NCBI GenBank assembly: GCA_041488255.1
Contig: JBGPOV010000008.1
Span: forward strand, 2,485 to 66,484
From: Gammaproteobacteria bacterium
Lineage (GTDB): Bacteria; Pseudomonadota; Gammaproteobacteria; Burkholderiales; SHXO01
Length of the DNA: 64,000 bases
Reading direction: 5' to 3'
Shown here in pieces: positions 40,751 through 52,102 of the stretch. The notes below the pieces were generated by a model that did not search any database, had not been told where the DNA came from, and saw only the letters and a list, made by a program, of their open reading frames with translations. The position numbers and the translations under genes were made by a program. Each line of letters opens with the position of its first letter. Within the stretch, counting starts at the first letter, position 1.

Positions 40751-41202
40751 GTAGCTCCTCAGGTTGCGCCCTGAGTTTCTAGAGCTAGATGGGGATTCTA
40801 CGCCGCCCGCTCCAGAAATCCCCGCACCCTTCCCTCGACCCGCTGGTATCTAATGGCCCGCGCCAGTACGCAAAACTGCTGGATTACGGCTTGCCGCCGA
40901 AGTCCTAACCTTCTGATTTTGATTGCGTTACCCTCTTTCGCGTCGCCTCCAACCGACGCCGCATGCTGGTGTCCAGGCCCGGAGCGCTGTTCAAGTTCGT
41001 CGGCGTTTTGACGCTACTGGTAGTGCTGCAGCGCCTAGGCCACGCGATCCGCAACATGCTGTCCCCACCGCAATACGTCTGCCTCAACCGCACGGGCTGT
41101 CAACTCCTGGCGCGGGCCGTGGGCAGCGCGCCCCCCCGCGATGACGATGTACAAGACCTACTTGATTGGCCCTAAGGCGGCTGTGTCCCACGGAGGTGAA
41201 CG

Positions 41203-41466
41203 ATGACGATGTCGTATGAGGAACTCGATCAGCGCGGGCGGCACGTTGTGGCCCACCTGCGGGCCTGCCAGCGCTACGCCGAGAAGGTGAATGGGCTGGC
41301 GACAGCGACCACGGCCGCCCGCCTCGAGCGCTTGGCCGTGCACTGGAATTCAGCAGTCACCTTGACCCTCGACGTACGCGGTGCCGTCTCGCCTCCGACC
41401 TTCGGGGCATGGTTACGCAGGCATCGCATCCCGTTGGGCACCGCACGCAGGCTGCTGGGGGAGTAG
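41203..41466 (+). CDS. hypothetical protein, possible C-terminal HTH
   Basis: 87-aa ORF preceded by GGAGG. The tail FGAWLRRHRIPLGTARRLL is HTH-like. Confidence 0.35.
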   Translation: MTMSYEELDQRGRHVVAHLRACQRYAEKVNGLATATTAARLERLAVHWNSAVTLTLDVRGAVSPPTFGAWLRRHRIPLGTARRLLGE

Positions 41467-41494
41467 CGCGTGGATCCGGATCATCTCAGCCATA

Positions 41495-41725
41495 ATGGTG
41501 CTCGCGTCCACTCGCATGCTGCTGGCAGTATTTGTCGTCCTCACCCTCGCCTGCGGCGGGGTCGCGATTTACTACAACCGCGTTTTCGAACGCCTGGAGG
41601 TGGCGTTGGTTGAGACCAAGGCTCAGCTCGCTGCCGCGCAGGCCCGGCTCAAAGAGCAGCAGGCGGAGCTGCGCGCCGAACAGTCCAGGCCAGTTCCCGG
41701 CTCCAGCCTAAAGGACCGCAGGTAG
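41495..41725 (+). CDS. hypothetical single-TM coiled-coil protein
   Basis: 76 aa with an N-terminal TM segment (MLLAVFVVLTLACGGVAIYY). The rest is predicted coiled coil (LEVALVETKAQLAAAQARLKEQQAELRAEQ). Confidence 0.35.
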   Translation: MVLASTRMLLAVFVVLTLACGGVAIYYNRVFERLEVALVETKAQLAAAQARLKEQQAELRAEQSRPVPGSSLKDRR

Positions 41726-42024
41726 GCGTTCGTCCAGTCGGGCCGCAGGAAAATCGCCTGCCCCTCCTTCAGCGTGATGTCCCCCCAGCACACCTGCCGG
41801 CACACCGACGCCCCCAGCTGGTCCTTCACGGTGGCACTCCACCGTCGCGTCATGGGTTGAGGCCACAGGTTGTGCGGGTCGCGCGGGGCGCCGCCGACGC
41901 ACAGCGGGACCAGATGGTCCTCGCGATAGTCATGCGACGGGCCCTCGAGCCCTAGCTCCCCAAGGATGCTAGGCCCGATCAGGCACCGGGAGGCCGCGAC
42001 GGTGCTACAATCCGCTCCCTCGTG
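41623..42024 (-). pseudogene. 5'-truncated HNH-type nuclease remnant
   Basis: The open frame contains DHLVPLCVGGAPRDPHNLWPQP, an HNH-like D-H...N-L-W-P-Q motif. There is no start codon upstream of it, because the first ATG (41853) lies after the motif. The frame is closed by TAG at 42025-42027, next to attR. Confidence 0.55.
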
Positions 42025-42103
42025 CTACCCATGACTGATACACCAAGTGCCCGGTCTGGCTTTGAAAGCTGTTGATTGCTAAGGACCCCCGCGGCCAGAA
42101 TTA

Positions 42104-42123
42104 GAATCCCTGATTCGCCACCA
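42104..42123 (+). repeat. attR-like direct repeat (copy of tRNA 3' end)
   Basis: GAATCCCTGATTCGCCACCA has no tRNA body upstream. The preceding sequence does not fold as a tRNA. Confidence 0.85.
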
Positions 42124-42137
42124 CAGCGCTGGCCTAC

Positions 42138-42491
42138 GTGTCGTACTTGCCCCGGGCAGCTCCTCTGAGCGCGTTGCGCCGCATGGCCGCTGTCTTGGCG
42201 CTGGGCGTCGCATTGTCGGTTGGCGCAGCGTTCGCCGCAGCCGCGCGCTCCCTGCCTGGCGATGCGAAGTTCGTCGAGGACGCCGAGTTCAGCTACCCCT
42301 ATGTCAAGGTGGGCGAACAGACGCTGCGCATGGCAGTAGGCGCCAGGATCTACAACGAGAGCAATCTCATCATCATGCCGGCGGCTGTCCCGGCGAAGGC
42401 CAACGTGCTGTTCAAGACCGACATCAACGGCGAGATCTCCCGCGTCTGGATACTGACGGACGAGGAGACGAAGACATACCAGGACAAGTAG
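42138..42491 (+). CDS. hypothetical secreted protein
   Basis: 117-aa ORF (GTG; an alternative ATG at 42183) with signal peptide [21 protein letters not shown]. It lies immediately upstream of miaB. Confidence 0.55.
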   Translation: MSYLPRAAPLSALRRMAAVLALGVALSVGAAFAAAARSLPGDAKFVEDAEFSYPYVKVGEQTLRMAVGARIYNESNLIIMPAAVPAKANVLFKTDINGEISRVWILTDEETKTYQDK

Positions 42492-42502
42492 GTCGGCGCG
42501 AA

Positions 42503-43846
42503 ATGGCTGGCAAGGTGTACATCAAGACCTTCGGCTGCCAGATGAACGAGTACGACTCGGGCAAGATGGCCGACGTTCTGGCCGCGTCGGAGGGGCTGCA
42601 AGCGACCTCCGATCCAGAGGATGCGGACGTGATCCTGTTCAACACCTGTTCGGTGCGCGAGAAGGCGCAGGAGAAGGTGTTTTCCGACCTCGGCCGCGTC
42701 AAGCACCTGAAGCAGCGCAACCCGGGGCTGCTGATCGGCGTGGGCGGCTGCGTCGCGAGCCAGGAGGGGCGGGCCATCGTGGAGCGCGCTCCGTTCGTCG
42801 ACGTGGTGTTCGGCCCGCAGACCCTGCACCGCCTGCCGCAGCTGATACAGGCGCGACGGCGGACGGGGAAGCCTCAGGTCGACGTGAGCTTTCCGGAAAT
42901 CGAGAAGTTCGACGCGCTGCCGCCGGCCCGCGTCGAGGGGGCCACGGCCTTCGTTTCCATCATGGAGGGGTGCAGCAAGTACTGCAGTTTCTGCGTGGTG
43001 CCCTACACGCGTGGTGAGGAAGTATCGCGCCCGCTGGACGACGTGCTGACCGAGGTGGCGGAACTCACAGACCAAGGCGTGAAGGAGATCACGCTGCTGG
43101 GCCAGAACGTCAACGCCTACCGCGGGCGGATGCAAGACGGCGACATCGCCGACCTCGCGCTGCTCGTCGAGTACCTCGCCGAGATGCCCGGGCTCGAGCG
43201 CATCCGCTACACTACATCCCACCCCAACGAGTTCACCCAGCGGCTCATCGACGTCTACGAACGCGTTCCGCAGTTGGTGGGCCACGTGCACCTGCCGGTG
43301 CAATCGGGCTCAGACCGTGTTCTCGCCGCCATGAAGCGCGGCTATACGGTTCTCGAGTACAAGTCCATCGTTCGTCGGCTGCGGGCGGTGCGCAGCGAGA
43401 TGTCGATTTCGTCGGATTTCATCGTCGGGTTCCCGGGCGAGACCGAGACCGACTTCGAAGCCACCCTGCGGCTGGTGGATGAGGTGGGTTTCGATCGCGG
43501 CTTCAGCTTCGTCTACAGCCCGCGCCCCGGTACGCCCGCGGCGAACCTACCCGATGCCACGCCGCGCGAACTCAAGTTCGAGCGGCTGCGGGGCCTGCAG
43601 CAGCGCCTCGAGAGTCAGGCGCAGTCCATCAGCGATGCGATGGTCGGCACGCGCCAGCGCGTGCTGGTGGAGGGCGCGTCGAAACACGATCCCGCCGAGC
43701 TTGTTGGCCGCACCGACAACAATCGCGTCGTTAACTTTTCCGGACCCGCTGCCCCCGGCGACCGGCGCCTGATCGGACAGTTCGCCGACGTGATCATCGT
43801 CGCGGCCCTGGCGCATTCGCTGCGCGGCAGCGTCGCGGGCACGTAG
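42503..43846 (+). CDS. miaB: tRNA-i6A37 methylthiotransferase
   Basis: UPF0004 N-terminal domain ([12 protein letters not shown]), radical-SAM [15 protein letters not shown] and a TRAM C-terminus. Confidence 0.95.
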   Translation: MAGKVYIKTFGCQMNEYDSGKMADVLAASEGLQATSDPEDADVILFNTCSVREKAQEKVFSDLGRVKHLKQRNPGLLIGVGGCVASQEGRAIVERAPFVDVVFGPQTLHRLPQLIQARRRTGKPQVDVSFPEIEKFDALPPARVEGATAFVSIMEGCSKYCSFCVVPYTRGEEVSRPLDDVLTEVAELTDQGVKEITLLGQNVNAYRGRMQDGDIADLALLVEYLAEMPGLERIRYTTSHPNEFTQRLIDVYERVPQLVGHVHLPVQSGSDRVLAAMKRGYTVLEYKSIVRRLRAVRSEMSISSDFIVGFPGETETDFEATLRLVDEVGFDRGFSFVYSPRPGTPAANLPDATPRELKFERLRGLQQRLESQAQSISDAMVGTRQRVLVEGASKHDPAELVGRTDNNRVVNFSGPAAPGDRRLIGQFADVIIVAALAHSLRGSVAGT

Positions 43847-43853
43847 CCTTTCC

Positions 43854-44806
<953 letters not shown>

Positions 44807-44810
<4 letters not shown>

Positions 44811-45274
44811 CGCCCGGACCACGGGCGAAGCGCGGGCACAGGCTTGCGCTCACGGTCCAGTTCGCCTCGCAGGCGGCGCACCTGCCGTCGCGCCGGCAGC
44901 TCCGGCGCTGGGCATCGGCGGCACTGGCGCAGGACGCAGAGGTCACGCTGCGCATCGTGGGCGAAGCCGAGGGACGGCGCCTGAATCGCGAATTCCGCGG
45001 CAAGAATTCCCCCACCAACGTGCTCACCTTCGCTTACCCCGAGCAGCGCCCGCTGACCGGCGACATCGTGCTGTGCGCGCCGGTTGTTCGGCAGGAGGCC
45101 GAGGCGCAGGACCTGAGCCTGGCGGCGCACTACGCCCATCTGGTGGTGCATGGCATGCTGCACCTGCAGGGATACGACCATGAGCGCGCCGCTGCAGCCC
45201 AGGTGATGGAGTCGCTGGAATCTGAAATCGTAACGCAGCTGGGGTATCCTGATCCCAACGCCATACAGGCCTGA
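44807..45274 (+). CDS. ybeY: rRNA maturation endoribonuclease YbeY
   Basis: GTG start overlapping the phoH stop (GTGA). Zinc motif [11 protein letters not shown]. Confidence 0.9.
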
Positions 45275-45315
45275 ACGCGCGCCGGTTCGATCCGAGCCGG
45301 CGCGGGCCGCCATGC

Positions 45316-46143
45316 ATGGACCCTCACCCTAAACCGACACTCCTCGAGCGCATCGGCGCCATCCTGATGCGCGAACCCGAAGACCGTGAGCAGCTTCTGG
45401 AGCTGCTGCAGTCTTCCTACGAGCGCAACCTGATGGATGCGGACGCGCTCGCCATGATCGAGGGCGTGCTGCAAGTGTCGGAGCTGCATGCGCGCGACAT
45501 CATGGTCCCGCGCGCGCAGATGGACGTCGTCGACATCCAAGACCCGCCCGAGAAGTTCCTCCCGAAGGTCATCGAGTCCGGCCACTCGCGCTTCCCGGTC
45601 ATCGGCGAGAGCAAGGACGATGTCATCGGGATCCTCCTGGCGAAGGACCTGCTGGGCTACTTCGGCGGCAAGGAGCACGACGTGCGCGAGATGTTGCGCC
45701 CGGCGGTGTTCATCCCCGAGGCCAAGCGGCTCAACGTGCTGCTGAAGGACTTCCGCCGCAACCGCAATCACATGGCGATCGTGGTGGACGAATACGGCGG
45801 CGTGGCCGGGCTGGTGACTATCGAGGACGTGCTGGAGCAGATCGTCGGCGATATCGAAGACGAATACGACTTCGACGAGACCGAGGCCAATATCCTGTTG
45901 GACCGCAACGGACTGTACCGCGTCAAGGCGCAGACCTCGATCGAGGACTTCAACGCCACCTTCGGCACGGCGTTCCGCGACGAGGAGTACGACACGGTCG
46001 GCGGCCTGCTTCTGAGCCAGTTCGGGCGCCTACCCAAGCGCGGCGACGAGGTCGTGCTCGACGGTCTGCGTTTCCGCGTGCTGCGCGCCGACAGCCGGCG
46101 GCTGCATTCGCTGCTGGTCGAGAAGCTCCCCTCCGCTGAATGA
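45316..46143 (+). CDS. corC: CBS-pair / CorC_HlyC domain protein (CorC/YbeX)
   Basis: Tandem CBS domains followed by a CorC_HlyC C-terminal domain. ybeY-corC-lnt synteny supports the call. Confidence 0.88.
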   Translation: MDPHPKPTLLERIGAILMREPEDREQLLELLQSSYERNLMDADALAMIEGVLQVSELHARDIMVPRAQMDVVDIQDPPEKFLPKVIESGHSRFPVIGESKDDVIGILLAKDLLGYFGGKEHDVREMLRPAVFIPEAKRLNVLLKDFRRNRNHMAIVVDEYGGVAGLVTIEDVLEQIVGDIEDEYDFDETEANILLDRNGLYRVKAQTSIEDFNATFGTAFRDEEYDTVGGLLLSQFGRLPKRGDEVVLDGLRFRVLRADSRRLHSLLVEKLPSAE

Positions 46144-47729
46144 AGCGAGGCCAGCCCTCGCTGCGCGAACGCCTGGACCTGGTGCCGTTGAGCCCGGGAC
46201 TGGGCCGGCTGTTTCTCAGCGCCGTGCTGGGAGCCGCCAGCGTGCTAGGGTTCGCGCCCTTTTATCTATTTCCGGTCCCCGTTGCAACGCTAACCGGCCT
46301 GGCATGGCTGTGGCAGCACAGCCGCAGCGCCGGGCAGGCGCTCGCACTGGGTTTGAGCTTCGGGCTTGGCTACTTCCTCACGGGAACGAGCTGGGTCTAC
46401 GTCAGCATGCACGACTTCGGCGGCATGGCCTGGCCGGTCGCCGGATTTGCCACCGTGTTCTTCTGCTCCTACCTCGCGCTGTTTCCTGCAATTGCCGGAT
46501 GGACGTTTGCGCGCATACGGGCGCCCGGACGGGCGCGCCTGGCGATCGTGTTTCCGGCCGCTTGGACGTTATGCGAATGGGTGCGCGGATGGTTGTTTAC
46601 CGGCTTCCCCTGGCTTGCGGTGGGCTACTCGCAGTCCCCCGATGGACCGCTGTCCGGTTTCGCTGCGCTGCTCGGCGTCTACGGCGTCTCGCTGCTGGCT
46701 GCATTCAGTGCCGGTCTGTTGATCTGGGTCGCCGGCGCCCTCGCAGCCACGCGCGGCGAACCGGCTCTTCGCCGGGCACGCGCGACGTTATTACATCCGG
46801 CGCTGGCGCTCCTCGCGCTGCTCTGGCTGGCTGGTTGGGTGCTGCAGCGCGTGCCATGGACAGCGCCGGCCGGCGAGCCGGTCACGATTAGCCTGGTCCA
46901 GGGCAACATCGAGCAGGACATGAAATGGCGCCCGGAGTCCGCGCGGGCCTCGCTCGAGACTTATCTTGAGCTCATGCTGGGCACGCACGGGCGGCTGGTC
47001 CTGCTGCCGGAAACCGCGCTGCCGGTCTTCAATGTGGACCTGCCGGCCGGGTACATTGAAGCGCTGGCTCGCCCTGCGCGTGACAGAGGCGGCGATCTGC
47101 TGACCGGCATACCCGAGTACGTGCAGGCAGACCCCCCGCGCTACTACAACAGCGTGATGAGCTTCGGCACGCGCCCGACCCAGGCCTACCGCAAGTACCA
47201 CCTGGTGCCCTTCGGCGATTACGTCCCGCACTGGAGTTTTCTCACCTCGATCATGCACACGCTGCGGATTCCGATGTCCGACTTCTCCCGCGGGGAGCCG
47301 TATCAACGTCCGCTGGATGTCGCCGGTCAGCGCGTGGCCGTCAACATCTGCTACGAGGACGCGTTCGGCGAGGAGATCATCCGCCAGCTTCCCGAAGCGA
47401 CCCTGCTCGCCAACTTCACCAACGACGCCTGGTGGGGCAAGTCGGCGGCATCCGACCAGCATCTGCAGATCGCCCAGATGCGCTCGCAGGAAACCGGGCG
47501 CTACATGCTTCGGGCCACCAACACCGGGGTAACCGCGGTCATCGACGAACGCGGGCGTGTCGCGAACGCCGTCCCCCAGTTTGTCGTAGCGGTGCTGGAA
47601 GGAAAGGCTCAGGGCCGCACCGGAAGCACGCCGTACATCGTGTGGGGCAACTCGGCCCTTCTCGCGCTGGTTGCGGCGGGCCTGCTGGTGCCGCCGCTCT
47701 CCAGGCGCTTCAGGCAACGCGTCGCGTAG
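46140..47729 (+). CDS. lnt: apolipoprotein N-acyltransferase
   Basis: 529 aa, ATGA-coupled to corC. Multi-TM N-terminal half and a CN-hydrolase domain (LPETA, ICYE catalytic Cys context). Confidence 0.9.
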   Translation: MKRGQPSLRERLDLVPLSPGLGRLFLSAVLGAASVLGFAPFYLFPVPVATLTGLAWLWQHSRSAGQALALGLSFGLGYFLTGTSWVYVSMHDFGGMAWPVAGFATVFFCSYLALFPAIAGWTFARIRAPGRARLAIVFPAAWTLCEWVRGWLFTGFPWLAVGYSQSPDGPLSGFAALLGVYGVSLLAAFSAGLLIWVAGALAATRGEPALRRARATLLHPALALLALLWLAGWVLQRVPWTAPAGEPVTISLVQGNIEQDMKWRPESARASLETYLELMLGTHGRLVLLPETALPVFNVDLPAGYIEALARPARDRGGDLLTGIPEYVQADPPRYYNSVMSFGTRPTQAYRKYHLVPFGDYVPHWSFLTSIMHTLRIPMSDFSRGEPYQRPLDVAGQRVAVNICYEDAFGEEIIRQLPEATLLANFTNDAWWGKSAASDQHLQIAQMRSQETGRYMLRATNTGVTAVIDERGRVANAVPQFVVAVLEGKAQGRTGSTPYIVWGNSALLALVAAGLLVPPLSRRFRQRVA

Positions 47730-47790
47730 CCGAGGAAACCAAGTAAAATCCGCGTTCTTCCGGGGCTTTGCCACATCACTGCGACCAGCA

Positions 47791-48675
47791 ATGAATTTTC
47801 AGGACCTCATCCTCCAGCTTCAGACCTATTGGGGCAAGCACGGCTGCGCGCTGCTCCAGCCTTATGACATGGAGGTCGGCGCAGGCACTTTCCACACAGC
47901 GACCTTCCTGCGCGCGCTGGGGCCCGAGCCCTGGCGCGCCGCCTACGTGCAACCTTCGCGCCGCCCGAAGGATGGACGCTACGGCGCCAATCCGAACCGC
48001 CTGCAGCACTACTATCAGTATCAAGTCGTGCTCAAGCCCTCGCCCGACAACATCCAGGACCTGTATCTCGACTCGTTGCGCGAGCTGGGCATCGACCCAC
48101 GGCGCAACGACATCCGCTTCGTCGAGGACGACTGGGAATCGCCCACGCTCGGCGCCTGGGGACTGGGGTGGGAGGTGTGGCTCAACGGCATGGAGATCAC
48201 CCAGTTCACCTATTTCCAGGAGGTGGGCAGCCTGGTGTGCAAGCCCGTGCTGGGCGAGATTACCTACGGCCTCGAGCGTCTCGCCATGTATCTGCAAGGC
48301 AAGGACAACGTCTACGACCTCGTCTGGGTCGACGGGGTCACCTACGGCGATGTGTACCACCAGAACGAGATCGAGCAGTCGACTTACAATTTCGAGCAGT
48401 CCAACGTGCAGATGCTGTTCGAGCACTTCAATCAGTTCGAGCGCGAGGCGAAGCGGCTGGTCGAAGCCGGCTTGGCGTTGCCGGCCTACGAGATGGTGCT
48501 GAAGTGCTCTCACACCTTCAATCTCCTCGATGCGCGCGGCGCCATCTCGGTCACCGAGCGCGCCACATATATTGGCCGCGTGCGCACGCTGGCCCGGCTG
48601 GTGGCCCAGGCGTATTACGAATCGCGCGAGCGGTTGGGCTTTCCGATGCTGAAATCGGCCAAGAAAGCTGCCTGA
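47791..48675 (+). CDS. glyQ: glycine--tRNA ligase alpha subunit
   Basis: Start at [14 protein letters not shown]. Highly conserved GlyQ sequence throughout ([23 protein letters not shown]). Confidence 0.96.
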   Translation: MNFQDLILQLQTYWGKHGCALLQPYDMEVGAGTFHTATFLRALGPEPWRAAYVQPSRRPKDGRYGANPNRLQHYYQYQVVLKPSPDNIQDLYLDSLRELGIDPRRNDIRFVEDDWESPTLGAWGLGWEVWLNGMEITQFTYFQEVGSLVCKPVLGEITYGLERLAMYLQGKDNVYDLVWVDGVTYGDVYHQNEIEQSTYNFEQSNVQMLFEHFNQFEREAKRLVEAGLALPAYEMVLKCSHTFNLLDARGAISVTERATYIGRVRTLARLVAQAYYESRERLGFPMLKSAKKAA

Positions 48676-48679
48676 GGTC

Positions 48680-50761
48680 GTGAAGCACACGCTGCTGGTC
48701 GAACTGCTCACCGAAGAGCTTCCGCCGAAGGCCCTCGAGAGGCTCGGCGCGGCGTTCACGCAGGCCGTAAAGCTCGGCCTCGCCGAGGCGGGTTTCACGG
48801 AGCACGGCCCGGACGAGAGCGCGGACATTCTGGCCACGCCCAGGCGTCTCGCAGTGCTCGTGGCCGATGTTCTTGCCGTCCAGCCGGAGCGCTCAGCTGA
48901 GCGCAAAGGCCCCTATCTATCTCAGGGCCTCGATGCCCAGGGCAAGCCGTCGCAGGCCTTGCTCGGATTTGCCAAAAGCTGCAGTGTCGCTGTGGATGCC
49001 CTGGAAAAATCGGCCGATGCGAAAGGCGAGTTCTACGTCTTCCGGGCGAGCAAGCGCGGCGAACCGCTGGAGTTGCACCTGCCGCGCATCGTGGGCCAGG
49101 CCCTGAGCAGCCTCCCCACCCCGAAGGTCATGCGCTGGGGCGACGGAGGGGCGCAGTTCGTGCGTCCGGTGCACGGGCTCGTGATGATGCTAGGCAAGCG
49201 CGTGATCCCCGGCGAGGTGCTGGGGCTTTCCAGCACCAATCGCACACGCGGTCATCGCTTCATGGGCGAGGGCAAGGTCGAGATTCCCAGTGCCGACGCA
49301 TACCTCGAACGCATAGCTCGCCTTGGCTGCGTTATCGCCAGCTTCGTGCAGCGCAAGAATGCTATTGCCGAGGCCTTGCGCCGAGTCGCAGCGGAGCACT
49401 CTGCCGCCCTGGCCGAGCACGAGGCGCTGCTGGATGAGGTGACCGCTCTAATCGAGTACCCCGCGATCTACCAGGGCAATTTCGACCCCGCCTTCCTGCA
49501 AATTCCGCAGGAGTGCTTGATCCTCTCGATGCAGCAACACCAGAAGTATTTTCCGCTACTCGACGGCAAGACCGGTAAGCTGCTGAACCAGTTTCTCATC
49601 GTCAGCAATCTCGAGACCGAAGACCCGAAGAACATCGTAAAGGGCAACGAGCGCGTGCTGGGCGCGCGGCTGTCGGACGCCAAGTTCTTCTACGACCAGG
49701 ATCGCAAGACCAAGCTGGCCGACCGGGTCGAACGCCTGGGCAGCGTCGTCTACCACAGCAAGCTGGGGAGCCAGCTCGAGCGCGTGCAGCGCATCCAGAA
49801 GCTGGCCGTCGCGATCGCGGAGAAACTGCACGCCGACGTGCGCAAAACCGAGCGTGCGGCGTGGCTATCGAAAGCGGACCTGCTAACAGATATGGTAGGC
49901 GAGTTCCCCGAACTGCAGGGGACCATGGGCCGGTACTACGCGGAGCACGACAGAGAGGACGAGGTGGTGGCGCGCGCTATCGAGGAGCACTACCTGCCTC
50001 GCATCTCAGGCGACAAGCTGCCTGAAGACAATATCGGCCGCTCCGTCGCGCTGGCCGACAAGCTCGATGCGTTGGTCGGTATCTACGGGGTCGGGCTCGC
50101 GCCCACCGGGGACAAGGACCCCTTCGGGCTGCGGCGACAAGCGCTAGGGGTACTGCGCATTCTTGCCGAGAAATCCCTGCCCCTGGATCTGGTCGAGCTG
50201 CTGCAGCTCGCCAAGCTCAGCTTCCCACCCGGCATCCTGCACGACAGCGTTGCGGTCGACCTGCATGGCTTCACACTGGAGCGATTGCGCAGCTACCTGC
50301 GCGAGCGCGGCTTCGCGCAGGACGAGATCGAGGCGGTGGTCAGCCAGAACCCGACACGCATTGACCAAGTCGTGCCCAGGCTGGAGGCGGTCCGCGTCTT
50401 TCGCGCGATGCCCGAGGCGCAGAGTCTGTCGAGCGCTAACAAGCGTATCCGCAATATCCTCAAGAAAACCACCGTCACACAGACCGTGCCCGACCCGGCG
50501 ATCCTACAGGAAGCGGCGGAGAAGGACCTGTTTGCGGCCACCTCTGAGCTGACGCCGCGGGTAAGCTCGCTGTGGGAGGCGAGAGACTACACCGAGGCGC
50601 TGCGCCTACTGGCCGGTGTGCGAAAGGAGGTGGATACGTTCTTCGACCAGGTGATGGTCATGACCGACGAGCCTGTCATCCGCAACAACCGCCTGGCGCT
50701 GCTGTCGCAGCTCGAAAGCCTCATGAACCAGGTGGCGGATATCTCCAAGCTCGCGTCCTAG
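48680..50761 (+). CDS. glyS: glycine--tRNA ligase beta subunit
   Basis: 693 aa with a GTG start 4 nt after the glyQ stop. N-terminus LLVELLTEELPPK is typical of GlyS. Confidence 0.95.
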   Translation: MKHTLLVELLTEELPPKALERLGAAFTQAVKLGLAEAGFTEHGPDESADILATPRRLAVLVADVLAVQPERSAERKGPYLSQGLDAQGKPSQALLGFAKSCSVAVDALEKSADAKGEFYVFRASKRGEPLELHLPRIVGQALSSLPTPKVMRWGDGGAQFVRPVHGLVMMLGKRVIPGEVLGLSSTNRTRGHRFMGEGKVEIPSADAYLERIARLGCVIASFVQRKNAIAEALRRVAAEHSAALAEHEALLDEVTALIEYPAIYQGNFDPAFLQIPQECLILSMQQHQKYFPLLDGKTGKLLNQFLIVSNLETEDPKNIVKGNERVLGARLSDAKFFYDQDRKTKLADRVERLGSVVYHSKLGSQLERVQRIQKLAVAIAEKLHADVRKTERAAWLSKADLLTDMVGEFPELQGTMGRYYAEHDREDEVVARAIEEHYLPRISGDKLPEDNIGRSVALADKLDALVGIYGVGLAPTGDKDPFGLRRQALGVLRILAEKSLPLDLVELLQLAKLSFPPGILHDSVAVDLHGFTLERLRSYLRERGFAQDEIEAVVSQNPTRIDQVVPRLEAVRVFRAMPEAQSLSSANKRIRNILKKTTVTQTVPDPAILQEAAEKDLFAATSELTPRVSSLWEARDYTEALRLLAGVRKEVDTFFDQVMVMTDEPVIRNNRLALLSQLESLMNQVADISKLAS

Positions 50762-50789
50762 CGTTGTTCGAGCAGGGCCCGCGCGCCGA

Positions 50790-51299
50790 TCACAGATCGC
50801 GCAGCGCGCCGCGAGGTGTGGACTTGATCCTCTGAAGCAGTGGCGCCATCTCGCGCCCAGAACCGTAGATCACCGATGAGCGGTCGATCCTGTGGTCATA
50901 CTGCTGGGCCACCAGCACGAACCGGTCCGTCTCCCAGATGCGGATCTGGTCCGAGAACTGACCAGCCATGCCGCTGCGGATGGTGACGCTCCAATCGCTC
51001 CCCTCTCCGAGCCGGGCGGACAGGACTGGCAACATCTGCTCAAAGCGCGATTCGGGAAAGTAGACCGTGACCTGCGCCAAGCGCCCGTCCTTGAACATTG
51101 CCTCTAGCGCACTCACGCCAACATCGCCGAGAGTCTCAAGCGCCCCCGGTAGGGGAACGCAGCGGCGTAGGTCGGGGTCCGTGCGATCCTGGCGGCAGGT
51201 GAGCTCGGCGCCCTCGAGCACGCTGGTGAATTCGCTACCCACCAGCTCGGGTGCCAGGCCTTCAAAGACATCACCGGCCGCGCCTGCCTCGGCCATCAT
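50790..51299 (-). CDS. hypothetical protein downstream of algR-like gene
   Basis: Only the C-terminal 169 codons of the 408-aa ORF are non-overlapping with the response-regulator gene. No motif recognised and the start is uncertain. Confidence 0.45.
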   Translation of the reverse strand: MMAEAGAAGDVFEGLAPELVGSEFTSVLEGAELTCRQDRTDPDLRRCVPLPGALETLGDVGVSALEAMFKDGRLAQVTVYFPESRFEQMLPVLSARLGEGSDWSVTIRSGMAGQFSDQIRIWETDRFVLVAQQYDHRIDRSSVIYGSGREMAPLLQRIKSTPRGALRDL

Positions 51300-51334
51300 C
51301 AGGGCGCAGCAGGCAGCGACCCATGCGTTGCGGA

Positions 51335-52102
51335 TCAGAGCCTCCCGAACTCTCGCATAACGTGCTGCTGGCGGCGGCTGACCGGCAGTCGCTCTTCCAG
51401 CCCACGCAGCTTGACCACCCACCCGCTCTCGCCGCCACCGTCGGCGCCTCGCTCGAAGCTCTCGATGTAGTCGCGCGACACGAGATAGCTGCGGTGCACG
51501 CGCACAAACCTCTCGCGGAACTCCTGCTCCAATCGCGTCAGGGACTCCTCCAACAGGTGCTCGCGCTCCACAGTGCGGATAGTCACATATTTGAGCTCGG
51601 CACGCATGAACAGCACCCTGTCCACCGGCACCAGGAGCAGCCGCCCGCGCTCCTGTACCGACAGATGCCTGCGAGCCTCGGGGGCGAGCTGCTGCAGGAC
51701 GTCCAGGCTCAACGGCGTGATCGAGCGCACCCGCGCCAACGCGTCGTACAAACGGCGCAGGCGGATGGGTTTGACCAGGTAGTCTACGGCGTGCAGCTCG
51801 AAGGCCTTCACCGCGTAGACATCGTAAGCGGTGGTGAAGATCACCAATGGCGCATCGGCCAGCTTTTGCATGTGCTGTGCCGCCTCGATCCCGTCCATCT
51901 CGGGCATGCGGATGTCGAGCAGTACCACATCGGCTTGCGTGTGCTGCAGCATCTCGACCAGCGCGCAGCCGTTGGGCGCCTCGCCTACGACCTCCAGTGC
52001 GAGGCTCGCTGCGCAATCCTCCAGCAAGTCGCGGATCCGGCTGCGGGCGGGCGCCTCGTCGTCGGCGATCACGATGCGCAGGGTCTGGCCGCGCTTACTC
52101 AC
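51335..52102 (-). CDS. algR: LytTR-family response regulator (AlgR-like)
   Basis: GTG start overlapping the kinase stop. Receiver domain (IVIADDEAPAR, DIRMPEMDG) and a C-terminal LytTR DNA-binding domain. The argH-divergent kinase/regulator arrangement resembles Pseudomonas argH / fimS-algR as I recall it. Confidence 0.8.
   Translation of the reverse strand: MSKRGQTLRIVIADDEAPARSRIRDLLEDCAASLALEVVGEAPNGCALVEMLQHTQADVVLLDIRMPEMDGIEAAQHMQKLADAPLVIFTTAYDVYAVKAFELHAVDYLVKPIRLRRLYDALARVRSITPLSLDVLQQLAPEARRHLSVQERGRLLLVPVDRVLFMRAELKYVTIRTVEREHLLEESLTRLEQEFRERFVRVHRSYLVSRDYIESFERGADGGGESGWVVKLRGLEERLPVSRRQQHVMREFGRL

Larger units (their letters stand above)
37524..42123. mobile_element. degraded tRNA-associated genomic island (no integrase retained)
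   Basis: Bounded by the exact 20-bp tRNA-3'-end repeat. GC is visibly lower in the left half. Cargo is pseudogenes and orphan ORFs, and both flanks are core genes. Confidence 0.6.

Noticed and set aside
40963-41175. 70-aa ORF in the island (MLVSRPGALFKFVGVLTLLVV...).
   Set aside because: It could be a small membrane protein, but there is no SD, an equally long ORF overlaps it on the opposite strand, and it has no motif. This is too weak to list as a feature.
51300-52016. N-terminal ~240 codons of the 408-aa ORF 50790-52016.
   Set aside because: This part overlaps the well-supported LytTR response-regulator gene (51335-52102) out of frame and is Arg/Ala/Gly-rich. Only the non-overlapping C-terminal 169 codons were kept as a hypothetical CDS.
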